DNA of 60,433 nt, the filler included. It is 9 parts of 9 records of this genome, joined end to end, with 100 filler letters (N's around TTAATTAATTAA, not from the genome) between each part and the next. Parts side by side here need not be neighbours in the genome. Positions count along the whole stretch, not along the records: positions 26,335 to 32,994 come from SRR31147125_63667; positions 33,095 to 38,329 come from SRR31147125_63674; positions 38,430 to 45,624 come from SRR31147125_63728; 6 more parts are not named here. One strand, given 5' to 3'. Numbering within the stretch: position 1 is the stretch's first letter; each line of letters starts with the position of its first letter. Both the position numbers and the translations under genes were made by a program. Below are positions 30,689 through 41,382 of this stretch, in pieces. Under the pieces are notes generated by a model. It had not been told where the DNA came from, made no database searches, and saw nothing but the letters and a program-made list of their open reading frames with translations.

Positions 30689-32994
30689 TCATTTGATCTG
30701 AAACACGTCGTCCCTGAACTCCAAGCGTCCCTCGTCACACATTGAACTAAGAAGACTCGAGAGTTCCTGGAACGTCACGCAAAATAAGATCCCACCAACA
30801 CGCGCCATGCCTACACACTTCCTGCGTCTGTTCATAGGGTGGTTCACTGACAAAGAGTTTCAGCATATTGTGGATCCTCTCCAGGGGCAATCCGCCCAGG
30901 TTTGTTAGTATACTCGTAATGTAGGATTCGAGTTTCTGTATGTGTGTTAACTCCATCTGTCGCCTGTGTGGGAAGCCAACCTCTGTGTCCTGTTCCCCTT
31001 GTGCAGATGCCGCCCCAGCTCCATTGTCCTCTTCAATATACTGATGCAGAGGCGCTTTCCAGACACTGTGAATGACTGACTGCCCCTCCTCCCTTCCCCG
31101 TGTGTGCAGCACACCTTGAGTCCCTTGTCCCTCTTCCATGTGTTCCATCACTTCAAATACATCTCTTGTCACTTCACGTACAATCCCTTGGTTGAGAAGG
31201 AGGACCATCTTTCGCTTCACATAATCCGGGGTGGCATTGAGCATTGACGCCAGTTCCGTGGTGGTCCATGTATCTGCAAGACAATGAGCTGGGCGTAGCA
31301 GAACGTAGCAGAAATAACATCAATCCCCAAACCTTTCTCTTGAAAGAAAAGAAGAATGGACGCGTGCACAGGCGACACACTGAGCTGAAGCGTCCTGCTC
31401 GCGAGAGTCACCTTCACCTCCACCATACCCAGGTTGCGTTTCCAGTGAAGACGACGAGGTGCTTTCACAATATGATACTCCTTTTCGTATGCTTTGAATT
31501 GTCTACACCCAAGCGAATCAGTGTCATCGTCCTCATGTTGTCTCTCACCCACTGCTCAATCTCTGGAGCCAGTACAATCGATTCCTCATTCAGTGTCGGC
31601 CAGAAAACATGAGAAAGAATCGAAGCATGAAGAGACAGTTGGTCTTCCCCCATGTATTTTGCCATTCTGGACTGAAGATTGGCATCGGTACGCTTCGATT
31701 CGGATATGTCACGAAGCATGACTTCGCATTGTGCTAGGTTTGTCTGAAAAAGATTTGGGGTCAGTAGAGTGTGCAACGCACTCCTGTGTGTCGACTACCC
31801 ACTTCCCCAAAACGGAGCTTTAGCAATTCGAGGTTACGAATCTGGGAACGTGCATGCAGGTAAGGCACACTGGGAGGAGTTATCTGCGTACCTCGCTATC
31901 AATGTCATAGTCGGGCAGGGAGAGAAGTTTATCAGCGAGAAGGGTACGATATTCGACGACGAACAAATCCCGACTCCCATAGATTCCCACCAAACGACTC
32001 AGAATATCTTGCGATGTGCGACTCTTGGATGGTTTGGCTGGAGGGAGGGCAAGATCTCAGCAGATATGTGGGCCGACAGACGTTTGGGAACTTCGCACAG
32101 GGATCCGCTTCCACGGGGTCAGGGATCCACGCCACGGCTCCCCCTTCCTCTTCATCCTCTGTGTCCTCCTCTTCCCGTGCATTCGTGTCATGCCGTCGCA
32201 ATTCAGCGAACAGTTCGGATTCCTCATCATCAATCAGACTCGTCACAATACACCGAATGGTATCCTTGCGCTCCCTGCGGGTTTGTAATTATATCCTCCT
32301 CTGCGTGTCTTACCACACACATACACACATACACACACACGTACCGCAAGTATTCCTTCACAGGATCACTAATTCGTTCCAAAACTACACCCGTGGGATC
32401 AAGAAGACGGAGACACTTGATGGTGGAGATGTAGGTTTCAATGATGTCAGAGGTGTTGGCTCCTGGATGAAGTAATCGTTTCGCAAACCTATACGTATGC
32501 CCTCGTCACATCCCAGGCAAACATCCACGAAGCCACGTACGCCGAGCTCAGGGCTGTGATCATGCTGCCATGCTCGCAAATCTGTGTGAGACATACACGG
32601 AGGTCTTCTAATGCGGGCATACTGTCTGGATAGTCGATGATGATATCAAACAACTCAGAGATTCTGTGTTACCTCGCGGACATGAGCCACCCATGCACAT
32701 ACACCCTACACGCACGTACCGAAGCCCACCAAACATCTCATGCATGAAAAAATCGAGGCGTGTTCTCCATGAGGGAACAACACGTGAGCCATCTCCACCC
32801 TGTGCCGAGAGCACCTCCTCCAAGAATCGATCCCCCACATTATGAACCCAATCTCGCACATGTTCCAACATATGAACATGAAAGGAACCCTTACAGGATT
32901 GTGTAATCAGAAATTCCGTCTTTCTATATCTGAGAGGGTGATAGGAACGTATTAAGAGAGAGAGAAGCAAGCAAGCAAGCAAGCAAGCAAGCAA
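30689..32994 (-). CDS. ANAPC2: Anaphase-promoting complex subunit 2 (cullin-like), intron-rich, 5' truncated
   Basis: Spliced exons give ELFDIIIDYPDS, RLLHPGANTSDII, LRERKDTIRCIV, WIPDPVEA, LELLKLRFGE, ILSHVFWP and LPLERIHNMLK; about 11 complete short GT-AG introns; stop at 30689-30691. Confidence 0.88.
32966..32994. repeat. (AAGC)n microsatellite in an APC2 intron
   Basis: About 7 tandem copies at the contig end; other intronic SSRs at 27244-27263 (GGAT) and 32313-32340 (CA). Confidence 0.8.
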
Positions 32995-33094
32995 NNNNNN
33001 NNNNNNNNNNNNNNNNNNNNNNNNNNNNNNNNNNNNNNTTAATTAATTAANNNNNNNNNNNNNNNNNNNNNNNNNNNNNNNNNNNNNNNNNNNN
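32995..33094. other. Artificial contig linker
   Basis: N44-TTAATTAATTAA-N44. Confidence 0.97.
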
Positions 33095-34228
33095 TTTTTG
33101 AAAGGAAGGGAGGCCCATACCTTGTTGATTGCGGGAAATTGAATCTACTGAAGACAAAAACGAATCAAAATTCTTTTGGGCGACATGTATCTTACCTGTT
33201 CCGGTTAAACTATCTGACGCAACATTCTCTTCAAATATAACTGTATCAATTCCCATATTTGCCAATTCATATGTAACATAGCCAAATGATTCCTTAGTGC
33301 TGGGCAAAAAGGCAAATCTAACATCACTCAACTCTATCGATAGTTGGTCCCAATCCATGGAGTCCTGGAAGGTGTATTTATCAATATATTTTTCGGGAAT
33401 TCTCTTTATCAGAAAAGCCAAATAGTTATCAGAATTGTCTGGTGCCATTTTTTCCGAACTACCGATCAATTTGAATTGGTAATCTAATCCTTTATCTAGC
33501 ATTCTAATCGAATAGTCAATGAAGATGTCAACAGACTTAAAAGGAACGATTCTTCCGAAGTAAAGAACAGTATTGCGATTCTTGTTGAGAATCGGCCGAG
33601 CGGGATAGTCAATCACAGGTGGTTCCACCACCTCGCAATTCAATTTACCATACAATGGTCGAAGATGTTTTTTCTCGTAGATTTCGGAAGGTATAGCTAT
33701 GTAGTCGGAGTGCTTTAGACAGAATCTTTCGAAATTATAGCATGTAGCATGGTGAAGATTATATTCAGTGGATTTATCTGCAGCATCCATATACTCGACA
33801 CTATTATGTGCACGAGTCACAATTTGTGTGTTTGGATACTTGTTCTCAGTTATTTTTTTTTCAATGGAGTACTTTCCACGACCAAAGAAATCGGGAAATC
33901 TGACAATATCAGGTCTGAATATCCTATATATGTCCTCAAACGCCTGCTCCCATTTCATTGAATTTGCATAAAACTCGTATCCTAGGCCATCATAGGGCAT
34001 GTAAACGGGTTTTGAGTTTGTAGTTACTGGAAAAATAGAAATATTCGAATCATCAAAGACTGCAGGCAAACACTCTATAGCTTTTTTCTCGTTTTCCAGC
34101 GTAGAGTCCAGCGCGATGATTACTTTATGTCCTTCTCCAAGCAATTTGCGGGAGAAATTGTAAATCAATGTTCCAGCACCGGCTCCACAGACAGGATGGA
34201 TTTCATGTGTAAAATAGCAAATGGTCAT
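33095..34228 (-). CDS. GT4-like glycosyltransferase, 3' truncated
   Basis: GAGT N-terminal loop, VLYFGRIVPFKSVD, and PSTKESFGYVTYE (EX7E) motif. Confidence 0.8.
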
Positions 34229-34364
34229 AACTACTCCGATTATAGTTGATATCTCGAATTCGTGAAATCACTACACAAATATACAAACTCGAATAGAAGA
34301 GCTCCAAAAGAAAGCTAACAGTTATCGAGACATGACAATATGGTGGTTTTTTAGATCGTGATTC

Positions 34365-35741
34365 TCATTGTATTTTCGCATATGATCCTCCATGAAAGAA
34401 TCTAGTATGACCAGAAAGATCCAGCTCATTCTTTTCGAGAATTCGAAAGACTATTGCATCGGATATATTTGCGACAGAAGTTATCTCGTTATCTAGGAGT
34501 CCCCGTACGATTATTCGAATACCGTACAAACCAGAAAGAAATGTCGTTCTGAAAGGAATGTTTACTTCGATAATGGATCCTTCTGACACATCATCAACGG
34601 ATTCAAACTTCCCAGGTATCCATAATCCAGAGAGTGCCTTACCTCGATTGCTATATGCGTTTACACCTATACTCACACAACTCACATCTTCATTGAAATG
34701 TACTTTGAAAGTTAATCTGAACTCTTCATCACCCGCCAGATGATTGCATTCTTCACCATTTGTGTTGAATATGGACACAGTGCTAAATGAAATGTCCTTT
34801 AGTGCTTTTAGAGACTGACTCTTCGAAATAAAGTCTTCTAAAAAATATGACTTTGCTTGCACATGGTTAATATCCTGGATAGTTGACATAGAAACAGAAT
34901 TCTCCAATTGACGCCGCTCGTATCTCGTTACTAGAACTGACTTCATTTTCGAATCTGCATCAAGCTTCTTGATTTCTTCTACTACCTCTTTTTCTTTTAT
35001 TCCACCCACACTCATGAGCTTTCTATATCGCGAAATAATCGTGTTATTGTCAGCACTCAATAGTAGCTCGCCGTTGTGTAAAAGAATTGAACGTGTACAT
35101 ATTTCTGCAACATTGTTCAAAGCATGACTAACGAAGATTATCGTCTTGTCACTACGAAAGAACTCTTCCATTCGTGCGAAGCATTTCCTTCTGAAAAGTT
35201 CATCACCTACTGATAGCACTTCATCTAATATCAGAATTTCGGGATTAATGTTGGTGGAAACAGCAAATCCCAAACGAGCTTTCATGCCACTGGAATACTT
35301 TCGAACTGGTATATCAATGAAATCTGCAAGCTCTGAAAAAGCAACTACATCATCAAATATTTTATCAATTTCGTCACGCCTCATTCCTTGTAGCGAACAG
35401 TTGAAATAGATGTTTTCTCTACCTGTATAGTCTGGATTAAATCCCCCTCCAAGTTCCAGTAAAGGAACTATTCGACCACTAGTTTCAACAATACCTGATG
35501 TTGCCTGACTAATGCCGCTGATGATTTTCAGAAGAGTTGACTTTCCGGCTCCGTTTCGTCCGACTATTCCGACAACTTCCCCTTTTTTAATTTCAATATT
35601 GACATTCTTCAAGGCACTAAATTCTCGATGTCGAGTTCTATTGCCTGGCAAAAAAGTATCTCTAAATCTATCCAATGCATTTCTGTCATAGAGCCTATAC
35701 GACTTGTTTACATTGGCCAACTTAATAGCAATATCATCCAT
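34365..35741 (-). CDS. wzt: Polysaccharide export ABC ATPase with C-terminal carbohydrate-binding domain
   Basis: GRNGAGKSTLL, YSSGMKARLGF, LDEVLSVGD and VSH motifs; Wzt_C-like tail; likely ATG at 35741. Confidence 0.9.
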   Translation of the reverse strand: MDDIAIKLANVNKSYRLYDRNALDRFRDTFLPGNRTRHREFSALKNVNIEIKKGEVVGIVGRNGAGKSTLLKIISGISQATSGIVETSGRIVPLLELGGGFNPDYTGRENIYFNCSLQGMRRDEIDKIFDDVVAFSELADFIDIPVRKYSSGMKARLGFAVSTNINPEILILDEVLSVGDELFRRKCFARMEEFFRSDKTIIFVSHALNNVAEICTRSILLHNGELLLSADNNTIISRYRKLMSVGGIKEKEVVEEIKKLDADSKMKSVLVTRYERRQLENSVSMSTIQDINHVQAKSYFLEDFISKSQSLKALKDISFSTVSIFNTNGEECNHLAGDEEFRLTFKVHFNEDVSCVSIGVNAYSNRGKALSGLWIPGKFESVDDVSEGSIIEVNIPFRTTFLSGLYGIRIIVRGLLDNEITSVANISDAIVFRILEKNELDLSGHTRFFHGGSYAKIQ

Positions 35742-35752
35742 TGTGGCTACCC

Positions 35753-36551
35753 TTATACATGGTCCACGAATTGAGGGCTTAAACGTTTGAAGAAGAATGT
35801 TCCTAGAAACAGCATAACTATCACCCACAACCAAAAATAGAGTGTGAGTTCAGGTTTGTCCCAAAAAGGAATACTATAAAACAGAGAATCTCTATATCCA
35901 GTAACAATATAGAATAGCGGGTTGAGTCTGACATAGAAATGTAAGCTTTCAGGAATACTTTCATGGTTCCACATGACAGGAGAAAAGTAGAAAATCATCC
36001 TCCCAATAACAGAGGTAATATGCTGTAAATCCGGCAAGAAAACTCCAACGGATGCTGTGAACCAAGTTATTCCTGCTAAAAAGATACTGTTGGCTAGTAT
36101 GTAGTATATTAGTTGAAACCAATAAAAATTAGGTAATATACCATTAATCAAAACGATCAACAGTACAGCAACTAAGAATAACAGGTGATCAATTACACCA
36201 CTGAAGACTGTTACAAGAGGCAATATGCCAATTCGGAAGTTCACTTTCTTTAGGAGATAAGAACTCGTCCGCACTGAAATTGTGCCTTGGGTAAGAACAG
36301 ATGTAAAAAGTTTACAGCCGCCATGCCACTGGCCAAATAGCAAATAAATGGGATTCCCATACTTCTGCCGCCACGTAGACCAATCCCGAAAACCAGATAT
36401 AGCACGCCCATAAATGCCAGCGGTTCAGCAAGTGCCCAAAACATACCAAGTTTGGATTTTCGGTACTTATTCGTAACGTTTCTTTTAGTTAATTCATATA
36501 CTAGATAGCGACTTCTAATTAAGTTACTTAGGAAATTAAATGCAATTTCAT
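35753..36551 (-). CDS. wzm: Polysaccharide export ABC permease; two homopolymer frameshifts (near 36547 and 36307)
   Basis: KYRKSKLGMFWALAEP, LLKKVNF, FYFSPVMW, LNPLFYIVTGYR and FVDHV motifs. Confidence 0.85.
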
Positions 36552-36977
36552 GTGGTAAAGAGAGCTCCTCATTTGTTTCTTAGGAAATGATGTATTCTGA
36601 AACAGAATAGACTGAAAAATGCTGCATTCTTCTCTTTTGTCCGAGACATTCTGCAATACATCGCATTTAGCTGAGAAACAGTCATCACTTTTGATGGACT
36701 ATATACAGAGGATTAAATATTTGAATCATCCACCGCCTATTTCTAACAAGCCCAGATAACTATGTCAACAGAAGAAATTGATGTATGCAGACTACTACAG
36801 ACAGCATTCCCAAGTAATACATTATTATAGCTTAAATGAAACAGTTTGAAGAAGGTCTGCCCTAAAGAACCAAGGCAGATCCATCAGCTCTGGAGAATAG
36901 ATTAATATCTTGAGAAGAGAACCTCCGCAGCAAGATTAATTGCTACGAAGGTCTTCTATTTGGAAAACTTTGACGAC

Positions 36978-37394
36978 TTACACATGCAACGGCCGATTAT
37001 ACCCGGCATCCTTAAGAATCTTCTCCCCCCGGTCCAGATCCTGCACCTTGAAGACGATGTCGGCCATGCCTTCCTTGCCGGCCATGATGGAATAGAGATA
37101 CTCGATGTTCACCTCGTTGTCCTCGAAAAGCTCCATCACTTTGGCCAGGGCGCCGGGCTCATCTTCCATGGCGACGGCCAGGACTTCGGTTTCCTTGGCT
37201 GTGAAGCCGGCTTCCAGCAGAACATCCCGGGCGTGGTCGGGGTCCTTCACGATAAGACGGAGGATGCCGAAATCGGCGGTATCGGCGATGGTGACCGCCC
37301 GGAGGCTGACTCCCTTGGCCGCCAGGAGTTTCGTGATTTCCGCGAGACGTCCGTTCTTGTTTTCCATGAAGACCGAGATCTGATTCGTTTTCAT
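36978..37394 (-). CDS. ACT-domain protein (two ACT domains), commonly paired with paaK
   Basis: QISVFMENKNGRL, DTADFGILRLIV and NIEYLY motifs. Confidence 0.88.
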   Translation of the reverse strand: MKTNQISVFMENKNGRLAEITKLLAAKGVSLRAVTIADTADFGILRLIVKDPDHARDVLLEAGFTAKETEVLAVAMEDEPGALAKVMELFEDNEVNIEYLYSIMAGKEGMADIVFKVQDLDRGEKILKDAGYNRPLHV

Positions 37395-37411
37395 CTTCTG
37401 CTCCTTTCGAC

Positions 37412-38329
37412 CTAGAGGGTCCGCTTGTCGATGACGCGCTTGGCCTTGCCCATGCTGCGTTCAATCGACTTGGGTTCTACAAGTTTAATACGAAGATTCA
37501 CGCCGAGCTTGTCTTTCATCGCCCGGGCGATCTTCCGGCTGACTTCTTCGAGTATCCGTGTCTCATCGGAGAAGAACTTGGGTTCCACTTCCACCTGCAG
37601 TTCCACATCGTCCAGGTGCGAATCGCCGCGGTCGATGACAATCTGGTAGTGGGGCTGGGTTTCCTCGATCTGCATGAGGATGTTCTCGATCTGGCTCGGG
37701 AAAACGTTCACGCCGCGGATGATCATCATGTCGTCGGTCCGGCCGAGGAGACGGTGCATTTTCACCAGGTTCCGGCCGCAGGCGCATTCGCCCCGCTCCA
37801 GCCAGGTGATGTCCCGGGTGCGGTAGCGGAGAATGGGGGTGCCGGTCTTGGTGAGAGTGGTGAAAACCAGCTCGCCCTTCTCGCCGTCGGGGAGTACTTC
37901 GCCGGTTTCGGGATTGATGATTTCCGGATAGAAGTGGTCTTCATTCACATGCAGACCGTTCTGCTCGGAACATTCGTTGGAGACCCCGGGACCGATGATT
38001 TCCGTCAGGCCGTAGATATCATAGGCCTTCAGGCACATCTTCTCCTCAATCTCCTTGCGCATGTTGTCGCTCCAGGGCTCAGCGCCGAAGATGCCGGACT
38101 TGAGGGGCAAGTCGGCCATGTCGATGCCCATCTCTTTGGCCACTTCGGCCATGTAGAGGGAATAGGACGGCGTGCAGGTGAGTATGGTGGATCCGAAGTC
38201 CCGCATGAGCTGGAGCTGGCGCTCCGTGTTGCCGCCGCCGACGGGGATGGTGTTGCAGCCGATGGTATGGGAGCCGTAGTGGACTCCCAGGCCGCCGGTG
38301 AACATGCCGTAGCCGTAGCCGTTCTGAAC
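37412..38329 (-). CDS. paaK: Phenylacetate-CoA ligase, 5' truncated
   Basis: [51 protein letters not shown] and GKAKRVID motifs. Confidence 0.92.
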   Translation of the reverse strand, partial: VQNGYGYGMFTGGLGVHYGSHTIGCNTIPVGGGNTERQLQLMRDFGSTILTCTPSYSLYMAEVAKEMGIDMADLPLKSGIFGAEPWSDNMRKEIEEKMCLKAYDIYGLTEIIGPGVSNECSEQNGLHVNEDHFYPEIINPETGEVLPDGEKGELVFTTLTKTGTPILRYRTRDITWLERGECACGRNLVKMHRLLGRTDDMMIIRGVNVFPSQIENILMQIEETQPHYQIVIDRGDSHLDDVELQVEVEPKFFSDETRILEEVSRKIARAMKDKLGVNLRIKLVEPKSIERSMGKAKRVIDKRTL

Positions 38330-38429
38330 NNNNNNNNNNNNNNNNNNNNNNNNNNNNNNNNNNNNNNNNNNNNTTAATTAATTAANNNNNNNNNNNNNNN
38401 NNNNNNNNNNNNNNNNNNNNNNNNNNNNN
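38330..38429. other. Artificial contig linker
   Basis: N44-TTAATTAATTAA-N44. Confidence 0.97.
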
Positions 38430-38572
38430 AACAACCCCCTTTTATCCCCCTTTGATAAGTGGGACATTAGGTTTGTTGTTTTTTGTAGAGTCGGGATATT
38501 TTTTCGGACAATTCCTTTATAATTAATCTAAAGAATCCTCGTTTCAAAAAATCCACATTTTCCCGACAGAAC

Positions 38573-38670
38573 AAAAAAAGCCTGGAGTCATTGGTTGTTT
38601 TTTGGTGCCACTCCAGGCTCGACCTTTGATAATGGGATATTGTGTGAGCCAGGTCCGATTAACTCACACA
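38573..38670 (-). ncRNA. Candidate ~100-nt small RNA (5' hairpin plus intrinsic terminator)
   Basis: TGTTATAAA extended -10-like element at 38682-38674; stem TGTGTGAG/CTCACACA; terminator AGCCTGGAGT...ACTCCAGGC-T7. Confidence 0.4.
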
Positions 38671-38873
38671 TGCTTTATAACAAAGTTGAATGATTTTTAA
38701 TTTCAGTACAGAATCATTTTTATTGATAAAATATAAAGTACGAATTATGACAGATCTTTAGTGTATACAATATGATATGATGGACATTTTCTTATTTATA
38801 TGATTTTTTTTAACTGTCAATACAATTTTGTTTAGCGGCCCTGACATTTTTCTTGTTTGGTTATTGTCTCACT

Positions 38874-39380
38874 CTATTTCATTGGCCCGAAAAATCCTCC
38901 ACGTCCGGGACCATCACAATTCATGCGACCTCTACCACGCATGCCTCTTTTTCCAAGAAAACCTCTTCGATGTTTGTCCATTATTTCTTTTTGTTCTTTG
39001 GTTAGAATATTTCGCATAGCCAGTCTGTGAGCCACTCTTTTTTTCTGAATTTCTGTTCTGATATTGCCCATATCTTCAACAAGTGATTCCAGTTTGGCCT
39101 GGTTGGGATTATCGGCATTCATTTCCTGTCTGAAATCCAGTCGTTTTGATTTTACTTTACTTTGAAGAGGAATGAGTTCTTTTTGGTGCTTTATTCTTAT
39201 ATCTTCCATTGTTTTTGCCTGCTCATCTGTCAGGTTGAGTTGTTCGAATAATTGTTGACGTGGTCTCTCACCCAGCATCCGTGCTGGTCTCTGCATATTT
39301 TTGCGCATCGGTTGAGCAAACACAGTTGTTGCCAGGATGAGAAGTAAACTGATTAACAGGATGTTTTTGTTCCGTTTCAT
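38874..39380 (-). CDS. Spy/CpxP family periplasmic chaperone-like protein
   Basis: Signal peptide VFA; LNLTDEQ and ILTKEQ (LTxxQ) motifs; Gly/Arg/Met-rich tail. Confidence 0.82.
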   Translation of the reverse strand: MKRNKNILLISLLLILATTVFAQPMRKNMQRPARMLGERPRQQLFEQLNLTDEQAKTMEDIRIKHQKELIPLQSKVKSKRLDFRQEMNADNPNQAKLESLVEDMGNIRTEIQKKRVAHRLAMRNILTKEQKEIMDKHRRGFLGKRGMRGRGRMNCDGPGRGGFFGPMK

Positions 39381-39419
39381 ATGAAAATCTCCTTATTTTT
39401 TTATGTTACTGATTATTTA

Positions 39420-39920
39420 TTATTCCATCTTGTGGTTTTTATTTCTCATTGGTCCCCGCCCCCTTGGTAACCCAGATGGCCGTTCGAAGGTTCGGATCAT
39501 CGTTTTCCATTGCTCTTTATCAAGGTGTTTTCGCATGGATAAAAGATGTTGAATTGTTATTTTTTCCAATTCTTTTTGTTTTTGAGATACTCTGTCCAGT
39601 GTAACATAAATGGAATCTAACATAGGCGGATCATTTAGTAAATAACGAACCAAATCCGCTCGTTGTCGGGCGATGAATTTTCTTTTTCCTCTTGATTCGC
39701 CATGATACCGGTTTCGCAGTTGTTTTAGCTCTTGTTTCTGCTCTTTTGTTAATAAGGGATTATCTCTCAATAGTAATCTACTATTATAACGTTCTCTTTG
39801 ACTGAGATCGCGAGTCTCCACCGGTCTATGCGGTCGTGTCCAGAAATAAACCAGGGTTCCGAGCACGGCAACGTTAACAGTGAGAGAGAAAACGAGAATA
39901 AAAAGCTTCCATCTATTCAT
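39420..39920 (-). CDS. Periplasmic heavy-metal sensor / ZraP-CpxP-like membrane-anchored protein
   Basis: SLTVN TM anchor, LTKEQ and LDKEQ motifs; located in the ECF operon. Confidence 0.7.
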   Translation of the reverse strand: MNRWKLFILVFSLTVNVAVLGTLVYFWTRPHRPVETRDLSQRERYNSRLLLRDNPLLTKEQKQELKQLRNRYHGESRGKRKFIARQRADLVRYLLNDPPMLDSIYVTLDRVSQKQKELEKITIQHLLSMRKHLDKEQWKTMIRTFERPSGLPRGRGPMRNKNHKME

Positions 39921-40398
39921 TTTCAGCTCCTTGAGTTTCGCTCAAGCCACTTTCATAATAATAACTGGATGTAAGAGAGGCTGCAGGCATTTCATTAAAA
40001 AGATCCTGATCAAAATAACCTGATTCAGAAAAATAATCGGCTTCTTCAATAGTAGAGTAAGAAAGTGACAAGTTTTTACCTGCCATCGTTCCAAGAAAGA
40101 GCCCGACGACGATAGCAGCCGGAACCATGGCTTTTTCAATGAATAACCGGGATCCTGATTTGGTAGATTTTGATAACGATTTTTCTTTTACATGTTGTTT
40201 CAGCCTTGTTACAAAGAATGGATCCGGCTTTACCTGTTCCGATGTTACCATCCATTCCTGAACTGTGGATAGTTGTTCCCTTAATTGCGTACACTGTTCA
40301 CAGTTTTCCAAATGGATCCGGATATGTTCCTGTGTAGAAAAATCAAGCTCATTGTTCAGATAAGCGAGCAATTTTTTTTGGATGTGTTTACATTTCAT
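39913..40398 (-). CDS. Zinc-finger (zf-HC2) anti-sigma factor
   Basis: MKC...HLENCEQC HxxxCxxC motif and one TM helix; follows the ECF sigma gene. Confidence 0.88.
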   Translation of the reverse strand: MKCKHIQKKLLAYLNNELDFSTQEHIRIHLENCEQCTQLREQLSTVQEWMVTSEQVKPDPFFVTRLKQHVKEKSLSKSTKSGSRLFIEKAMVPAAIVVGLFLGTMAGKNLSLSYSTIEEADYFSESGYFDQDLFNEMPAASLTSSYYYESGLSETQGAENE

Positions 40399-40455
40399 TT
40401 TTTATTCACTCTTTTTAACATGATATTCAAAAACGTTCAAAGTGATTTTATGTGA

Positions 40456-41028
40456 TTATTCATTTTTAAAATAATGTTCCAATAAACCGTACAACTTTTT
40501 GTGCGCTCGATATAGTCTGGATTCCACTGATGACACACTTTTATTGGTGACCTCTGCGATTTCTTTGTACGATAAACCCTGATATCGATGCAGAATGACA
40601 GCTGTTTTTTGATCCAGCGGTAGAGAATCTATAGCTTTTTTTATGATCTGTTGCCGTTCCAGATCCATTGTGTTGCGTTCCGGATCTTTTTCGCCAGTAG
40701 TGAACTGTAAATCGTTCGGAGGATCTGCTCTGTTTTCATCTGCAAAAGGTAATAGCCATTTTTTTCGTTTTTTTGAGCGTAAAACATTCAGACAATGGTT
40801 AACCGACACTCTGTAAAGCCAGGTTCTGAATTTGGCATTTGATTGGTATGCACTCAGATTTTGACACACTTTGATAAATACGTCCTGGGTTGCATCCATT
40901 GCATCCTGAGTATTATTCAAAAAGTGATAGCAGGTTTTATAAACCTGATCATAATAACGCTCGATCAGTCTATCCTGTGCATCGAATGCGCCTTTTTGAT
41001 ATTTTTCTACGAGTTGTTCGTCAGTCAT
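40456..41028 (-). CDS. ECF sigma-70 factor
   Basis: DATQDVFIK, FRTWLYRV, GLSYKEIA and VESRLYRA motifs. Confidence 0.93.
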   Translation of the reverse strand: MTDEQLVEKYQKGAFDAQDRLIERYYDQVYKTCYHFLNNTQDAMDATQDVFIKVCQNLSAYQSNAKFRTWLYRVSVNHCLNVLRSKKRKKWLLPFADENRADPPNDLQFTTGEKDPERNTMDLERQQIIKKAIDSLPLDQKTAVILHRYQGLSYKEIAEVTNKSVSSVESRLYRAHKKLYGLLEHYFKNE

Positions 41029-41057
41029 CGGTTTTTCTTGTCTGTCTGTTTATTATA

Positions 41058-41086
41058 TTAGACACCTCAACCGGTAAAATCTTGCA
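41058..41086 (-). promoter_or_regulatory. Putative ECF autoregulatory promoter
   Basis: Minus strand TGCAAGATTT...GTGTCTAA, an ECF-like -35/-10 pair about 30 nt upstream of the sigma ATG. Confidence 0.45.
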
Positions 41087-41382
41087 CTAATTTTGATTTT
41101 TTTTATTTTTTTAAAGCATTACTGGCACATAATTTGGGTTTATATTGTGTATCAAACCCTGAAATTAAAAGATGGTTATATGTAATATATTGATAATCAG
41201 TTAATTGTGAAATCATTTTATTGGATCCTTTATGGATAGATATAATATGTGTGGCATTTATGTCTTGAAATTAGTGATTTTTTTACTAAAAATGTTTACC
41301 AAACGCCTCATTCGACTTTTAATTTAAATAAATTATAAATACGTCATGATGTTAAAACCGTAAAGTTTAGGACAAGAAGGAC

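Noticed and set aside
32255-32270. GTATCCTT on the + strand as a second U12 donor
   Set aside because: It is antisense to an APC2 exon (RKDTI). GTATCC at 29023 and GTATCT at 27737 and 28710 lie inside MCMBP exons that read through.
26335-32994. Bacterial-style ORFs, non-standard code or eukaryote-to-bacterium transfer
   Set aside because: GT-AG splicing with the standard code explains the fragments, and the contig is bounded by linkers.
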